Positions 63,879 through 64,000 of a DNA stretch of 64,000 bases are shown here, one piece after another; the stretch's first letter is position 1; each line of letters opens with the position of its first letter. The notes below the pieces were generated by a model. It made no database searches. It was not told where the DNA came from and saw only the letters and a list, made by a program, of their open reading frames with translations. A program made the position numbers and the translations under genes. The DNA is taken from assembly GCF_040938485.1 (NCBI RefSeq), contig NW_027271439.1, positions 806,001 through 870,000 of the forward strand. The letters run 5' to 3'. This DNA is from Diadema antillarum. Taxonomy: Eukaryota.

Positions 63879-64000
63879 TTATTCCTTCTTGCCTGATGGG
63901 TTGGCTCCTGCTAGCCTGCCTGCTTCAATGGAGTCAAAGGTCGGAAGACCAGCTGGCATGGCCAGGATACCGTGCTCGTCAGTCATGATGCGTTCCGCAT
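63879..64000 (-). CDS. Probable terminal coding exon of an unidentified gene continuing beyond the window
   Basis: Minus-strand frame AERIMTDEHGILAMPAGLPTFDSIEAGRLAGANPSGKKE* with coding-like GC content. The stop at 63881-63879 is followed by AT-rich UTR-like sequence with an overlapping AATAAA. Confidence 0.6.
   Translation of the reverse strand, partial: AERIMTDEHGILAMPAGLPTFDSIEAGRLAGANPSGKKE

Noticed and set aside
1-64000. CRISPR arrays, rRNA, hammerhead ribozymes, prokaryote-style defence operons
   Set aside because: No repeat-spacer arrays or rRNA-like sequence were seen. The CTGATGA occurrences I checked lack a properly placed GAAA and stems. The DNA is spliceosomal-intron eukaryotic sequence.

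Overview
AT-rich, intron-containing metazoan genomic DNA, not prokaryotic. The repeat families look like those of echinoderms or other marine invertebrates (inference). There are three assembly gaps. Genes reconstructed by hand across GT-AG introns: (1) the last five exons of MTG1 (+, 2393-8348); (2) a complete 7-exon ASNA1/GET3 (-, 24852-33624, 346 aa); (3,4) a head-to-head pair of paralogous 8-exon genes (-, 37941-43945 and +, 45501-53428), each encoding a 429-aa secreted protein with three DxDGDG-type (FG-GAP/VCBS-like) motifs; (5) an orphan single-pass membrane protein gene (+, 55259-57564) whose probable last exon ends in TQYWV; (6) the last coding exon of an unidentified gene entering from the right edge (-). 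The interval 8.5-18 kb holds only decayed transposons: two BEL/Pao LTR retrotransposons (one internally inverted), a Tx1/L1 fragment and a 1.4-kb foldback element. Introns carry many MITEs, a Helentron-type non-autonomous element and several long palindromes. All family assignments are from recognition of motifs; no database searches were run.
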